Part shown: piece by piece, positions 1 to 10,658 of the stretch | How the letters are laid out: each line of letters begins with the position of its first letter | Position numbering within the stretch: position 1 is the stretch's first letter | From: Bryobacteraceae bacterium | GTDB lineage: Bacteria > Acidobacteriota > Terriglobia > Bryobacterales > Bryobacteraceae | Assembly: GCA_025062235.1 (NCBI GenBank) | Contig: JANXAE010000001.1 | Location: 493 to 64,492, forward strand | Reading direction: 5' to 3' | DNA: 64,000 nt | Notes under the pieces: generated by a model | Told to the model about the DNA's origin: nothing | Databases searched by the model: none | The model's input: the letters and a program-made list of their open reading frames with translations, nothing else | Position numbers and translations under genes: made by a program

Positions 1-1806
1 CGCTACCTGCGGCGTCACGGCTTCGAGCCGATCACCACCAACATGTACGCGAACCTCTCCCAGGGCATCGAGATGCTCTACCTGTTCGCGTTTTCCATCG
101 GGCGCCACTCGGCCGCTGCGCTCCTGCATTTCGCCTGTTTGGTCGCGTTGCCCCTGAGCATGATCGCCTACGCGCGTCGTTTCGGGTTCGCCCCGGCTGG
201 CGTCGTGGCGGCCCTGTTCACTTTCCTGAGCCCCGTCGTCGGCCAGGATGGAACCACGGCCTACATTGACGTGGCCACGGCCTGGCTGATGTTCACCGTG
301 TTCCATCTCGCGCAGATCTGGGACCGGGAGCGCAACCCGCGTATTCTGCCTTTGATCGGGCTGCTGGCGGGCTTCTGTTACGCTGCCAAATACACGGCCG
401 TCGCGGCCGGCGTTTATGCCCTGGCGTTCCTGGGCTGGAGACTCCGGCGTCAGCCGCGCGCCCTGCCGAGGACCTTGGCCACGGTCGCGCTCTGCGCCGC
501 CATCCCGGTGATTCCCTGGGTGGCGAAGAACTGGATCTGGCTGGGCAATCCCTTCTCGCCGTTCTTCAACCGCCTGTTTCCCAATCCCTACATCCATGTC
601 TCCTTCGAGCAGGAGTACGCGCATCACATGCGCAACTACGTCGGCCTGAAAAGCCACTGGGAGATTCCCCTCGAAGTCACCGTTCGCGGAGCGGTGCTTT
701 GCGGTTTGCTGGGGCCGCTGTTCCTGCTCTCTCCGATCGCCCTGTTATCGTTGCGGGACCCCAACGGTCGCCGGCTCCTCGCCGCAGCGTTTCTGTTCGG
801 CCTTCCCTATGCGGCCAACATCGGCACGCGCTTTCTGATCCCCGCCCTGCCCCTGCTTTCGCTGGCCATGGCGATGGTCTTCGCCCGTCTGCGGGCGCTG
901 GCGGTTGCCCTCGCCCTCGCCCACGCCATCCTGAGCTGGCCGGATGCGGTCAGCCTCTACTCGGATCCCAACGCCTGGCGCCTGGTCAAGATCCCGCTGC
1001 GACAGGCCTTGCGCCTGGAATCGGAAGAATCCTGGCTCACGCGCAAGAATCCTTACTACCCGATCGCGCGCATGATCGAGGACTCCACGCCGCCGGGCGC
1101 GCGCGTGCTGAGCTTCAATCAAGTGCCCGAGGCTTACACGACGCGCGAGATCCTCGTCGTCTATCAGTCTGCCTTCAACGCCGTTCTGGGAGACATCCTC
1201 TGGCATGCCATCATTCCCGAATATCCTCCGCAACGGCAGTTGACCTTCCGCTTCGATCCGCAGGAGCTCGGCGCGGTGCGCCTGGTGCAAACCAATCGCG
1301 GCGGGCCGGATCATTTCAGCGTGGGGGAGCTGCGGCTGTTCCTGGGCGAGCGGGAGCTGCCGCGCCGCCCTCTCTGGCGCTTGCGGGCGCGTCCCAAGCC
1401 CTGGGACGTGCAGATGGCTTTCGACAACAGCCCGGCCACGCGCTGGCGGAGCTGGCAGACGCTCGAGCCGGGCATGTTCGTCGAAGTCGAGCTCCCGCGC
1501 GCCGAACGCCTGGATCGCGTCGTGGTCGAGTGTTCGCGCGACCAGTACCGGACTCGTTTGCGCCTGGAGGGCCGGCCGCCTTCCGGTCAATGGCGGGTGC
1601 TCGACGATCAGCCCCAGGAGGCCGAACTGCCCCCGCCCATCGGGCTGCGGCGCGCCGCCGCCAGTGAGTTGAAGCGTCGCGGCGTGCACTACGTTCTGAT
1701 CTGGGACCAAGACTTCGGCGCCGAGGATTTCCGCAAGAACGCTGTCCTCTGGGGAGCGACTTTTCTCGGCGAGCGCAACGGCGCAAGGTTGTATCGTCTG
1801 GATTAG
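1..1806 (+). CDS. Polytopic membrane protein, probable GT-C fold (ArnT/PMT-like) glycosyltransferase with C-terminal discoidin-like domain; 5' end outside window
   Basis: Frame is open from base 1. Many hydrophobic helices, KYTA and GNPFSPF segments, C-terminal AFDNSPATRWRS discoidin-like motif. Confidence 0.6.
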   Translation, partial: RYLRRHGFEPITTNMYANLSQGIEMLYLFAFSIGRHSAAALLHFACLVALPLSMIAYARRFGFAPAGVVAALFTFLSPVVGQDGTTAYIDVATAWLMFTVFHLAQIWDRERNPRILPLIGLLAGFCYAAKYTAVAAGVYALAFLGWRLRRQPRALPRTLATVALCAAIPVIPWVAKNWIWLGNPFSPFFNRLFPNPYIHVSFEQEYAHHMRNYVGLKSHWEIPLEVTVRGAVLCGLLGPLFLLSPIALLSLRDPNGRRLLAAAFLFGLPYAANIGTRFLIPALPLLSLAMAMVFARLRALAVALALAHAILSWPDAVSLYSDPNAWRLVKIPLRQALRLESEESWLTRKNPYYPIARMIEDSTPPGARVLSFNQVPEAYTTREILVVYQSAFNAVLGDILWHAIIPEYPPQRQLTFRFDPQELGAVRLVQTNRGGPDHFSVGELRLFLGERELPRRPLWRLRARPKPWDVQMAFDNSPATRWRSWQTLEPGMFVEVELPRAERLDRVVVECSRDQYRTRLRLEGRPPSGQWRVLDDQPQEAELPPPIGLRRAAASELKRRGVHYVLIWDQDFGAEDFRKNAVLWGATFLGERNGARLYRLD

Positions 1807-1815
1807 GAGCCGCTC

Positions 1816-2760
1816 ATGTTTCTCGGCGTAGACGGGGGCCAAACCGCTACCGTAGCCCTGATCGGCGATGAATCCGGCCGCGTCCTCGGCGCCGGCCGCG
1901 GCGGCCCTTGCAATCACGTCGGCGGCCCCGAGGGCCGCGAGAAATTCACCCGCGCTATCCGCGACTCGGTCGGCGAGGCCTGCCGCAACGCCGGCCTCGA
2001 CCCCGAAACGACCCGCTTCCGCGTGGCCTGCCTGGGCTTCAGCGGCGGTCCCGAGGACAAGCGCGCGCTGCTCGGGCAGATGCTCGCCGCCGACCGGCTC
2101 ATTGTCACCACCGACGCGCTCATCGCCCTCTCCGGCGCCACGGCCGGCGAGCCGGGAATCATCGCGATTGCCGGCACCGGATCCATTGCCTTCGGGCGCA
2201 ACGCGCAGGGTCGCACGGCGCGCGCCGGCGGCTGGGGCTACCTCTTCGGCGACGAGGGCGGGGGGTTCGACCTGGTCCGCAGAGCGTTGCGCGCAGCCCT
2301 GCGGTACGAAGAGGGCTGGGGACCCCCGACCACGCTGCGGGAGCGGCTGCTCGAAGCCACCGGCGCCGCCTCGGCCAACGACCTGTTGCACCGCTTCTAC
2401 ACCAGCGAGTACCCCCGCCCCCGCATCGCCTCTTTCGCCGTACTGGTGGATCGCGCGGCGACGGAGGGCGATCCCGTCGCGCGTGCGATTCTGCAGGACG
2501 CTGCCGGGGAACTGGCCTCGCTCGTCGAGGCCGTGCGCAGGCAGTTGTTCTCGCGGGAGGAAAGCGTGCGCGTGGCCTACGTCGGGGGTGTCTTCCGCAG
2601 CCGGCTCTTGCTCGAACGGTTCGCGGAACTCGTCCGCCGCGCTTCCGGCTCCGTCTGCCAGCCGCCAGCGTTCCCGCCCGCTGCGGGCGCGTTGCTCGAA
2701 GCCTGGCGCGCGGCCGGTTTGCACCCCCGCCTCTCCGGCCTGCCCGACTCGTTGAAATGA
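1816..2760 (+). CDS. BadF/BadG/BcrA/BcrD family sugar kinase (N-acetylglucosamine kinase-like)
   Basis: GVDGGQT phosphate loop, [29 protein letters not shown] upstream. Confidence 0.85.
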   Translation: MFLGVDGGQTATVALIGDESGRVLGAGRGGPCNHVGGPEGREKFTRAIRDSVGEACRNAGLDPETTRFRVACLGFSGGPEDKRALLGQMLAADRLIVTTDALIALSGATAGEPGIIAIAGTGSIAFGRNAQGRTARAGGWGYLFGDEGGGFDLVRRALRAALRYEEGWGPPTTLRERLLEATGAASANDLLHRFYTSEYPRPRIASFAVLVDRAATEGDPVARAILQDAAGELASLVEAVRRQLFSREESVRVAYVGGVFRSRLLLERFAELVRRASGSVCQPPAFPPAAGALLEAWRAAGLHPRLSGLPDSLK

Positions 2761-2815
2761 GCCTTCTCCGGTCCGATCGGATCGCGTGATACGATCGGTG
2801 GTTCGGGAGGATCCG

Positions 2816-3985
2816 ATGCCGAAACTGTCCATTCGAGACCTCGATCTCAACGGGAAGCTGGTCTTCATGCGCGTGGACTTCAACGTGCCGCTGGCCCCGG
2901 GCGGCCAGGAAATCACCTCCGACAAGCGCATCCGCGCCTCGCTGCCGACGATCAAGTACGCGCTCGAGCACGGCGCTCGCCTCGTGCTCGCCAGCCACTT
3001 GGGCAGGCCCAAAGGCAAGCCCAATCCTGAGATGAGCCTCAAGCCTGTCGCGGCGCGACTCCAGGAGCTGCTCGGCGAGCCCGTGGTGATGGCTCCGGAC
3101 TGCATCGGGCCCGAGGTCGAGAAACTCAAGGCCGAAGGCCACCGCGTCATCCTGCTCGAGAACGTGCGCTTCCACCCGGAGGAGGAAAAGAACGATCCCG
3201 AATTCGCCCGCCAGCTCGCCGCAGGCTGCGACTACTACGTCAACGACGCCTTCGGTTCGGCTCACCGTGCCCATGCCTCGACCGAGGCCATCACGCGCTT
3301 CCTGCCCAAGGCTGCCGCCGGTTTGCTGATGGAAAAGGAGCTGGAGTACCTGACCAGGGTCACCCAGGATCCGCCGCGGCCCTGCATCGCCCTGTTGGGC
3401 GGCGCCAAGGTCTCCGACAAGATCGAGGTCATCGAGAACCTGCTCAAGATCGTGGATCGCCTCCTCATCGGTGGCGCCATGGCCTACACCTTCAAGCTGG
3501 CCAAAGGCGAGCCCGTGGGCAATTCGCTGGTCGAACCCGACAAGGCGGACCTGGCGCGTGAGCTGATGGCCAAGGCCGGGGACAAGATGTTGCTGCCCGT
3601 GGACCACGTCGTGGTGGAGAAGATCGAGGCCGGAGCGCCGTCGCAGGTGGTCGAAACCATCCCCGAGGGGTGGGCCGGCGTGGACATCGGGCCGAAAACC
3701 ATCGAGCTGTACTCGGCCGAAATCGCGCGCGCCAAGAGCATCATCTGGAACGGCCCCATGGGCGTCTTCGAAAAGCCGCCCTTCGATGCCGGCACCGTCG
3801 CGCTGGCCAGAGCGGTCGCCGAATCGGGAGCGCTGTCGGTGGTCGGCGGCGGCGATTCCGAGAAGGCCATCAAGGCCGCGGGTGTGGCGGACAAGATCTC
3901 GCACATCTCGACCGGCGGCGGAGCGTCGCTCGAATTCCTGGCCGGTCTGGTCTTGCCCGGAGTTGCCGCCTTGACCGACAAGTAG
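2816..3985 (+). CDS. pgk: Phosphoglycerate kinase
   Basis: [75 protein letters not shown] before ATG 2816. Confidence 0.97.
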   Translation: MPKLSIRDLDLNGKLVFMRVDFNVPLAPGGQEITSDKRIRASLPTIKYALEHGARLVLASHLGRPKGKPNPEMSLKPVAARLQELLGEPVVMAPDCIGPEVEKLKAEGHRVILLENVRFHPEEEKNDPEFARQLAAGCDYYVNDAFGSAHRAHASTEAITRFLPKAAAGLLMEKELEYLTRVTQDPPRPCIALLGGAKVSDKIEVIENLLKIVDRLLIGGAMAYTFKLAKGEPVGNSLVEPDKADLARELMAKAGDKMLLPVDHVVVEKIEAGAPSQVVETIPEGWAGVDIGPKTIELYSAEIARAKSIIWNGPMGVFEKPPFDAGTVALARAVAESGALSVVGGGDSEKAIKAAGVADKISHISTGGGASLEFLAGLVLPGVAALTDK

Positions 3986-4025
3986 CGGTCCGCGCATCCG
4001 GCCGGCCTATGGTACATTCGCCGGC

Positions 4026-4865
4026 ATGATGCGCGTAGCGGTTGTCCTGCTGTACATCTCCTGGAACGTGGCGCTCGCCGGGCAGGCGTCCCGCCTGACG
4101 GACGAGCAATTGCGCAAGGGAGTGAATCTGCTCCCTTATCCGGACCCGGGCGACGAAGATCCCAGGGTGATCGTGCGCAGATATCAAGGTCTGCGCACCA
4201 GCGACGTCATTGACGCGATGCAGGCCATCGGCCTGCAAGACCGCGGGGTGATGGACCACGACATCCGTCCTCTCAGGCGCGACACGACCGACCAGCTGGC
4301 TCATCGCATCTATGGCGTGGCGATCACCTATCAGTACGTGCCGACGAACAAGCCTGCCGCTGCCGCAATGCCCTACGAGGAATTCCGCAAGTGGCACAGC
4401 CACTGGTACCAGCACTACGCGCCTGAACTCTTCTCGCGCATCTTGAAGCCCGGTCATGTGGTGGTGATTGATGCGCAGGGCATCGAGAACACCGGCTTCG
4501 TGGGTTCGAACAACGCGCTCAGTTGGCGCGCACGGGGCGCCGTGGGGGTCGTGACCAACGGGCCTTGCCGCGACTCCGACGAGCTCATCTTGCAGCGCAT
4601 CCCCGTGTACTCGAAGTACATTGGCGGCGGCACCCGCCCCGGCCGGATCGAGGCAGCCGCCATCAACCGCCCCGTGGTCGTCGGCGGGGTTCTCGTGCGA
4701 CCCGGTGACGTCGTCGTCGCCGACGGCTATGGCGTCGTGGTGGTGCCGCGCGAACACGCCGAGCGGGTGGCCGAAATCGCCTGGGATATTGCCAAAGGCG
4801 ACAAGGAAAGCCGCCGCAAGCTGTACGAAAAGACGGGGCTGAAGCCGGACGCCACCGTGCGATGA
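4026..4865 (+). CDS. RraA/HMG-aldolase family protein with N-terminal signal-peptide-like segment
   Basis: GVVTNGPCRD, GGVLVRPGDVVVADGYGVVVVP typical of the RraA family. Confidence 0.8.
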   Translation: MMRVAVVLLYISWNVALAGQASRLTDEQLRKGVNLLPYPDPGDEDPRVIVRRYQGLRTSDVIDAMQAIGLQDRGVMDHDIRPLRRDTTDQLAHRIYGVAITYQYVPTNKPAAAAMPYEEFRKWHSHWYQHYAPELFSRILKPGHVVVIDAQGIENTGFVGSNNALSWRARGAVGVVTNGPCRDSDELILQRIPVYSKYIGGGTRPGRIEAAAINRPVVVGGVLVRPGDVVVADGYGVVVVPREHAERVAEIAWDIAKGDKESRRKLYEKTGLKPDATVR

Positions 4866-5251
4866 GCGCGGGGGCGGCCAACGCCCCCAAGCCCGGTCAG
4901 GCGACCGTCGGGCGCCTCGCTTAGAACGCTACGGAACCGCCCCCCAGGGCGGGAAGGCGCTCGTCGGCGCGCATTGTGTTCCCTCCGCCGCTCGCCAGCT
5001 CTCCGCACGCATGCGCTCGAGGCGGATCCGGGGCCGGCCGCATCGGGCTCATCACGCCCACCATCGAGCGCACAAGATTCCCGCGGTCGGACCCTCCGCC
5101 ACCCGAGCGGAGTCACGGGACACGGACTTGCGCCCCGGGTGGAATCGAGGGGGCACCCATCAGCGTTACGAGGTTCGTGGGACGCTGGTGGGCAATCCTA
5201 TGCAGACCGCCGGCGAGGCCCGTCGCACGAGCAGGTTCGCGCGAGGCCGGC

Positions 5252-6157
5252 TCAGCGCAGGAGCGTGGCGATCACCTCCATTTCTTCCTGAAAGCGCTCC
5301 AGGATCCGAGGCAACGCCGGGGTGACACCCAGCCTGTCGAGCGCTCGCGCAGCCGAAGGTGCCGGCTCGATGCCGGAAGGCAACATGCCGAAGCCCCTCT
5401 CGGCCGCCAGGAGGTTCGCCGCGTGCACGACATGCGCCAAATCCAGCGCCCCCGCGTTCGCCAACTCGGGCACGTGATGGAAACGCGCCGCACGCCGGAT
5501 CGGCTCGGGGAGATTCCACCGCGCCAAGGCTTCCGAGGAAAGCTCTGCGTGGTCGAGGCCCAGCAGTTCCGCTTCGCAGTCCGCCCAGCGACCGCCGCAC
5601 CGGCCGAGCAGGTTCCAGAGCAAGGCGAACTGGCGGGGGAAGGCCAGTGCCCACAGCAGCTTCCCCATATCATGGAGGAGGCCTGCGACGAACGCTCCTT
5701 CTGCGTAGGGAACCGGCGCCGCTTCCACCAGCAGGTCGGCCAGCGTCGCCACGGCGGCCGAATGCAGATTGAATTGTGCCGTGGACCAACCCGGCGGCGT
5801 GCGTACCGTGCGCCACAGCCGCGAGATCGCCAGCCCCAGCAGCACGTTGCGCAGCTTCACCAGGCCCAGGATCGCTACTGCGTGCCGCACTGAGCTCACC
5901 GTGCCCGGCAAGCCGTACAAGGCCGAGTTCACCAGTCGCAGGATGTTTCCGGCGAGCACCGTGTCCTTCTCGATCAGCGTCGCCAGCTCGGCGAAGGACA
6001 CGTCCTCGTGGGCCAGGCTGGCCAGCAGCCGATTCAGCACGGGTGAAAAAGGCGGCAGGCGCTCCAGACTCTTCAACGCCTGCTCCCGGAATTCCACACT
6101 GCTGCCCGCAACCGGCGCCACGCTCTCCCTATCGGCAGCCGAGCGGCCAAACTTCAC
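5252..6157 (-). CDS. HDOD domain signal-transduction protein
   Basis: LPPFSPV, IEKDTVLAGNILRLVNSALYG, AVAILG, AGLLHDMGK, LARWNLP, FHH. Confidence 0.9.
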   Translation of the reverse strand: MKFGRSAADRESVAPVAGSSVEFREQALKSLERLPPFSPVLNRLLASLAHEDVSFAELATLIEKDTVLAGNILRLVNSALYGLPGTVSSVRHAVAILGLVKLRNVLLGLAISRLWRTVRTPPGWSTAQFNLHSAAVATLADLLVEAAPVPYAEGAFVAGLLHDMGKLLWALAFPRQFALLWNLLGRCGGRWADCEAELLGLDHAELSSEALARWNLPEPIRRAARFHHVPELANAGALDLAHVVHAANLLAAERGFGMLPSGIEPAPSAARALDRLGVTPALPRILERFQEEMEVIATLLR

Positions 6158-6200
6158 GTGGCGCCCGCGCTCGGCTAGGATGGGTTAGGATCGTCCACCG

Positions 6201-6974
6201 ATGAACTGCGCCGCCGGCGCGCCGAATGCTCCCGCAATCGAACTGCGCGGCGTGCGCAAGCTTTACGGCGACAAGGTGGCCGTGGACGGCCTCGATCTGA
6301 CCGTGCCCCGTGGATGCTTCTTCGGCTTTCTGGGCCCGAACGGCGCCGGAAAGACCACGACCATCCGCATGATGATGGGGCTGGCCCCGCCGAACTCTGG
6401 GCACATCCGGCTGCTCGGCTTGCCCATGCCTCAGTGCGCGCTGGAGATCCGGCGCAGGATCGGCCTGGTTCCCGAGGACTCTCTGTTGTTCGAGCGCCTC
6501 ACCGGCCTGGAGTTTCTCGAATTCGCTGGCCGGATGTACGGTCTTGCTCGGCCGACCGCGGTCGCGCGCGCCAGGGAGCTGCTCGAGTTCTTTCGCCTCG
6601 ACGACAGCCCGCGCAAGCTGATCGCGGAGTACTCCAAGGGCATGCGCAAGCGCCTCATGATGGCTGCCGCCCTCATCCACCGGCCCGAGCTCTTCCTGCT
6701 CGACGAACCCTTCGAGGGCGTGGACGCCCTGGGCGCGCGAATCATGAAGGACCTTTTGCTCGACCAGGTCCGCCGCGGTGCGACCGTCTTCCTCACCTCG
6801 CACGTGCTCGAGGTCGTCGAACGGCTCTGCGATCGCGTTGCCATCCTTCACCGGGGACGCATCGTGCTGGAAGCCTCGGTGCATGACCTGCGCAGCTCGG
6901 CCGAAACGCTCGAGGACGCCTTCGTCCGGCTGGTCGGCGCCGGACCCGGACCCGAGAAGTTGGATTGGCTGTGA
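6201..6974 (+). CDS. ABC transporter ATP-binding protein (ABC-2 type)
   Basis: Walker A GPNGAGKT, YSKGM signature, Walker B LLDEP, TSH switch. Confidence 0.93.
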   Translation: MNCAAGAPNAPAIELRGVRKLYGDKVAVDGLDLTVPRGCFFGFLGPNGAGKTTTIRMMMGLAPPNSGHIRLLGLPMPQCALEIRRRIGLVPEDSLLFERLTGLEFLEFAGRMYGLARPTAVARARELLEFFRLDDSPRKLIAEYSKGMRKRLMMAAALIHRPELFLLDEPFEGVDALGARIMKDLLLDQVRRGATVFLTSHVLEVVERLCDRVAILHRGRIVLEASVHDLRSSAETLEDAFVRLVGAGPGPEKLDWL

Positions 6975-8566
6975 CGCACACCGGATCGCCCCTCCGCGCC
7001 ATCCTCTGGGCCCAGTGGCGCACGATGAGGAATCTGCGTGCGGGCGAAGGACGGCTGGGCCGCGTGGTCACGTCGGTTGTCGGGCTCGTCTGGGTCTCGC
7101 TCTGGGTTGTCGTGGCCGTCCTTGCAGCCGTCGTGCTCGCCCGCCCCGATAGCCGCGAACTGGCGGTGCTGCTGCCCTGGGGCCTCATGTCGGTCTTTCT
7201 TTACTGGCAGATCGCGCCCGTACTGGCTGCGAGCCTCGGTGCAGGGCTCGACCTGCGCCGCCTGCGCGTGTACCCGATCCGCGCCGCGCTGCTGTTCCGC
7301 GCCGAGATCGCACTCCGTCTGGTCACCTCGCCCGAGATGCCGTTGGTGCTTGCCGGCGCGCTGGTGGGACTGCTGCGCAACCCCTCCGTCCCCGCCTGGG
7401 CACCCGCCGTCGGACTGCCGCTCTACGCCGCGTTCAACATCCTGCTGGCTGCCGGCTTGCGGGGGCTGCTCGAACAGCTCTTCGCGCACCGCCGGGTACG
7501 CGAACTGGCGGCTTTGCTGCTCGTGCTGGCCATCGGCGTGCCCCAGTTGCTGTTGCTCGGCTGGCCGGCAGGGATGTGGGGCCAGCTCCCGCTGCGCGCG
7601 CCCCCGATCTACTGGCCCTGGGTGAGCTTCGGACGGATCGCCACTGGCGCACCCGGCCCGCAGGACTGGGTGCTCGCCGCGCTCTGGCTCGTCGCCGCCC
7701 TCCTGTTCGGGCGGACGCAGTTCGACCGCTGTCTGCGCCTGGATCGCGCGGAGGCGTCCGCTCCCCCCGGCCGCTTCCCCGCAGGCGCCGGCGCGGGGCT
7801 GGCAGCCCTGGCCCGCCTGGCGCCCGATCCCCTCGCCGCCGTCCTCGAGAAGGAAATCCGCTCGCTCGCCCGTTCGCCGCGCTTCCGGCTGGTCTTCGTG
7901 ATGGGATTCTCCTTCGGTTTCATCATCTGGGCGCCCTTGTTGCGCCGCGAGGGAGGCTTCAGCGAAGCCTACCCCGTGCTGGTGAGCGTCTATGCAGTCC
8001 TGCTGCTCTCGGAAGTCCTGTTCTGGAATGCGTTCGGTTTCGACCGGGCGGCTGCCCAGCTCTGGTTCAGTGCACCAATTCCGTTCAAAAATGTTTTGCT
8101 CGGGAAGAACGCGGCAGGCGCTTCGCTGGCCGCGCTCGAGGTCACCGTCGTGCTGGCGGTCTCGCGGCTGCTCGGCGCCCCGCTGGATGCAGTCACGGTC
8201 ATTGAAGTCTACGCCGTCGCCCTTACCCTCTGCCTTTACCTGCTGGCCGGGGGCAACCTCAGCTCGTTGCGGTTTCCGCGGCCGGTCAACCCCGAACAGA
8301 GCTGGGGCCGCGCCTCCACCGGCCGCTTCCAGATGCTGGTGCTCTTCCTGTATCCGCTGCTCGGCGCGCCGGTGGGCCTTGCCTACCTCGTGCGCTGGGT
8401 GTCGGGTAGCGAGCTCGCTTTCTTCGCCCAACTCAGCCTGGCGGCCCTGGCCGGCGCCGTCTTTTACCGCGCCTCGCTCGATTGCGCGCTCAGGCTCGCC
8501 GAGCAGCGCAAGGAGGAGTTCATTTTGACTCTTTCCGGGCAGGGCGGCCCCGTGCTGACCCGATGA
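6971..8566 (+). CDS. Putative ABC-2 type permease
   Basis: About 12 hydrophobic helices in two halves; GTG start overlaps the ATPase stop (GTGA). Confidence 0.75.
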   Translation: MTHTGSPLRAILWAQWRTMRNLRAGEGRLGRVVTSVVGLVWVSLWVVVAVLAAVVLARPDSRELAVLLPWGLMSVFLYWQIAPVLAASLGAGLDLRRLRVYPIRAALLFRAEIALRLVTSPEMPLVLAGALVGLLRNPSVPAWAPAVGLPLYAAFNILLAAGLRGLLEQLFAHRRVRELAALLLVLAIGVPQLLLLGWPAGMWGQLPLRAPPIYWPWVSFGRIATGAPGPQDWVLAALWLVAALLFGRTQFDRCLRLDRAEASAPPGRFPAGAGAGLAALARLAPDPLAAVLEKEIRSLARSPRFRLVFVMGFSFGFIIWAPLLRREGGFSEAYPVLVSVYAVLLLSEVLFWNAFGFDRAAAQLWFSAPIPFKNVLLGKNAAGASLAALEVTVVLAVSRLLGAPLDAVTVIEVYAVALTLCLYLLAGGNLSSLRFPRPVNPEQSWGRASTGRFQMLVLFLYPLLGAPVGLAYLVRWVSGSELAFFAQLSLAALAGAVFYRASLDCALRLAEQRKEEFILTLSGQGGPVLTR

Positions 8567-8982
8567 AGATCCACCTGCGTTACCTCGGCAAGCCACGCGA
8601 TCGGCGGCTGAACCAAACCGCTGCGGAGTACATCCTGCGCGCCGGGCGCTGGGTCTGCTGCGAGATGCGCGAGCTCGATCCGCGCCGCGAGGACTTTTTC
8701 GCGCGCTACGCGAGCTGGCGCAAGATCCTGCTCGATGCGGCTGGACAGGAGCTGGACACGGCGGGGTTCGTCCAACTTTTGCGCGACTCCGAATTCGAGG
8801 GACGCGACCTGGTCTTCCTGCTGGGCGGCGCCGAGGGGCTTCCCGCAGGCTGGCGGGAGCGCGCCGACCGATTGCTGTCGCTATCGCGGCTGACCATGGC
8901 ACACGAACTAGCGCGCCTGGTGCTCGCCGAGCAGATCTACCGGGGCCTGGCCACCCTGCGCGGCCACCCTTACCCGCGTTGA
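8563..8982 (+). CDS. rlmH: 23S rRNA (pseudouridine-1915-N3)-methyltransferase
   Basis: LVFLLGGAEG, LSLSRLTMAHELARLVLAEQIYR, GHPYPR; ATGA overlap with the permease. Confidence 0.93.
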   Translation: MKIHLRYLGKPRDRRLNQTAAEYILRAGRWVCCEMRELDPRREDFFARYASWRKILLDAAGQELDTAGFVQLLRDSEFEGRDLVFLLGGAEGLPAGWRERADRLLSLSRLTMAHELARLVLAEQIYRGLATLRGHPYPR

Positions 8983-8986
8983 TCCC

Positions 8987-9688
8987 TCAGCGGCGCATGC
9001 GGCAGTCCGCGAGCGGACAAAGGTCGCAGGGATTGCCGTAGGCGCGGATGCGGTCCGCCGGGCCGATTCCCACCAGGCCCGAGACCGTCTTGAGGGGGCG
9101 CATCATGAGGCTGGACAAAAGCTGGACGCCGATCCGCTCGGCATCCACCAAGCGGAACAGCACCCGCTGCTCTTCGAGCGGGATGCCGCAGTAGCCCGGG
9201 CTGTAGGGGAGCGTGACGGCCTCGCCGGGCTGGAGCTGTCCGCGCAGCTCCGCGATGACACGTTCCACCATGGCCTCGGCCAGCGCGGCGCCCGCGGCAT
9301 GGTAGATCAGGCCGCCCAAGGCATCCCGTTCGCGCATGGCCTGCTCGGCAAGCGCAACGATCTCCGGGCCGCCGGTCGCCACGAAGGCCGCCACCCGGTC
9401 CACCTGGCCCAGGAACTCGCCGATGCGGCCGTGAAAGACAGCTCCGCCCTCGAGTTCGAGCCTTCGCGGAGCGGCCTCGCGCACGGCATAGAGCCGGTAG
9501 AGCGCGCGCGGGCGTACGCGGCCAGGGAGCGAAGCCAGCAGCTGCTCGACGCGTTCCAGGATCAGCGCGGGCTTGGGTGCGTCCGCGGGGTAGCCCATGT
9601 GGCGCAGCACTTCGCTGCGCTCGGGCAACAGGTTCGGGGCTTCGAGGATGACTTCCTCGGGTTCAGCCCTTCCAACTGCGTGCGGCAC
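8987..9688 (-). CDS. Stand-alone vitamin B12-dependent methionine synthase activation (SAM-binding) domain protein with C-terminal CxxCxxxxC
   Basis: EVLRHMGY, AFVATGG, YSPGYCGIPLEEQ, IGVQL..SLMMRPLKTVSG, CDLCPLADC. GTG start at 9688 is approximate. Confidence 0.8.
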   Translation of the reverse strand: MPHAVGRAEPEEVILEAPNLLPERSEVLRHMGYPADAPKPALILERVEQLLASLPGRVRPRALYRLYAVREAAPRRLELEGGAVFHGRIGEFLGQVDRVAAFVATGGPEIVALAEQAMRERDALGGLIYHAAGAALAEAMVERVIAELRGQLQPGEAVTLPYSPGYCGIPLEEQRVLFRLVDAERIGVQLLSSLMMRPLKTVSGLVGIGPADRIRAYGNPCDLCPLADCRMRR

Positions 9689-10658
9689 GGACCATCTCTC
9701 GCAGGTTTTCGAGCGGCGTGGTGGGCGGCAGGCCGCAGCCTGGGGCGAGGATGTGCACGCCGGCGGCAAGCGATTCCTCGACGGCGCGGCGCACGTCCGC
9801 GGGCGTCCCATTGAGCAAGACCTCGACGGTGGGCACGCCGCCGGCGATGGCGCAATCGCCCGCGCCCACGGCTTGCACCAGATCGGTCCGCGCTTCCAGG
9901 CTGATGACTTCCGAGCCCGCGCGGTGCAGCATGGGCAGGATGCGGGTATTGGAGCCGCAGACATGGAGAATGGTCGGGGCGGGCAGGGCCGAGACCAACT
10001 GCTGCTGAGCGGGCAGGATCAACTGCTGGTAGAGGCGGGGCGAGGTCATGTCGAGGCTGGCGGCCATGTCCTCGACGGTGATCGCGTCCGCGCCGGCGGC
10101 GACTTGCCTTCGACCGTACTCCACGCCCAGCTCGATGGCCAGATCCAGGTACGGCTGCAGCGCATCGGGCCGGCGTACCGATTCGGTGAGCACGGTCTGG
10201 ATACCGAGCAACTGGCAGACGATCGTGAAAGGACCCACCAAGCCGCCGAGCACCGCCACGTCCTCGCCCACGCGACGCCGCAGGCGGGCGATGGCCTCGA
10301 TGACCACGCGCGCACGGCCGGTGTCGAGATCGGGCAATGGCGGCGGCGGGTCCCCCGGTTTCAACGGGTGCGAGCGCACCTGCGCGTTGGAAGTGCGATC
10401 GCCGAGGGTAACCTCGGCGCCCAGCAATTCGGCTTCGATGGTCTGGTCGAAGGGCACGCGGACAAAGTCGAAGCCGACGATCTCGTGGGCGGCGGCGGCC
10501 AGACGGGTCATGGCTTCGGCATCGCGGTGCGCCTCGGGCCACCAAGCGCCCGCCGCTTCCATCTGGGCGACGGTGGCGGACTGCACCAGCGCGCCTACGG
10601 GCACGGGGCGCACGTGCTGGCGCCGCATGGCGGTGAGCAATCGTTCGCGCGGTGTCAT
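9663..10658 (-). CDS. MtaA/MtbA/CmuA-like methylcobamide methyltransferase (URO-D fold)
   Basis: MTPRERLL, VPFDQTIEAELLGA, GPFT, Zn ligands LHVCG and APGCGL..TPLENL; ATGA overlap with the upstream gene. Confidence 0.85.
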   Translation of the reverse strand: MTPRERLLTAMRRQHVRPVPVGALVQSATVAQMEAAGAWWPEAHRDAEAMTRLAAAAHEIVGFDFVRVPFDQTIEAELLGAEVTLGDRTSNAQVRSHPLKPGDPPPPLPDLDTGRARVVIEAIARLRRRVGEDVAVLGGLVGPFTIVCQLLGIQTVLTESVRRPDALQPYLDLAIELGVEYGRRQVAAGADAITVEDMAASLDMTSPRLYQQLILPAQQQLVSALPAPTILHVCGSNTRILPMLHRAGSEVISLEARTDLVQAVGAGDCAIAGGVPTVEVLLNGTPADVRRAVEESLAAGVHILAPGCGLPPTTPLENLREMVRAARSWKG

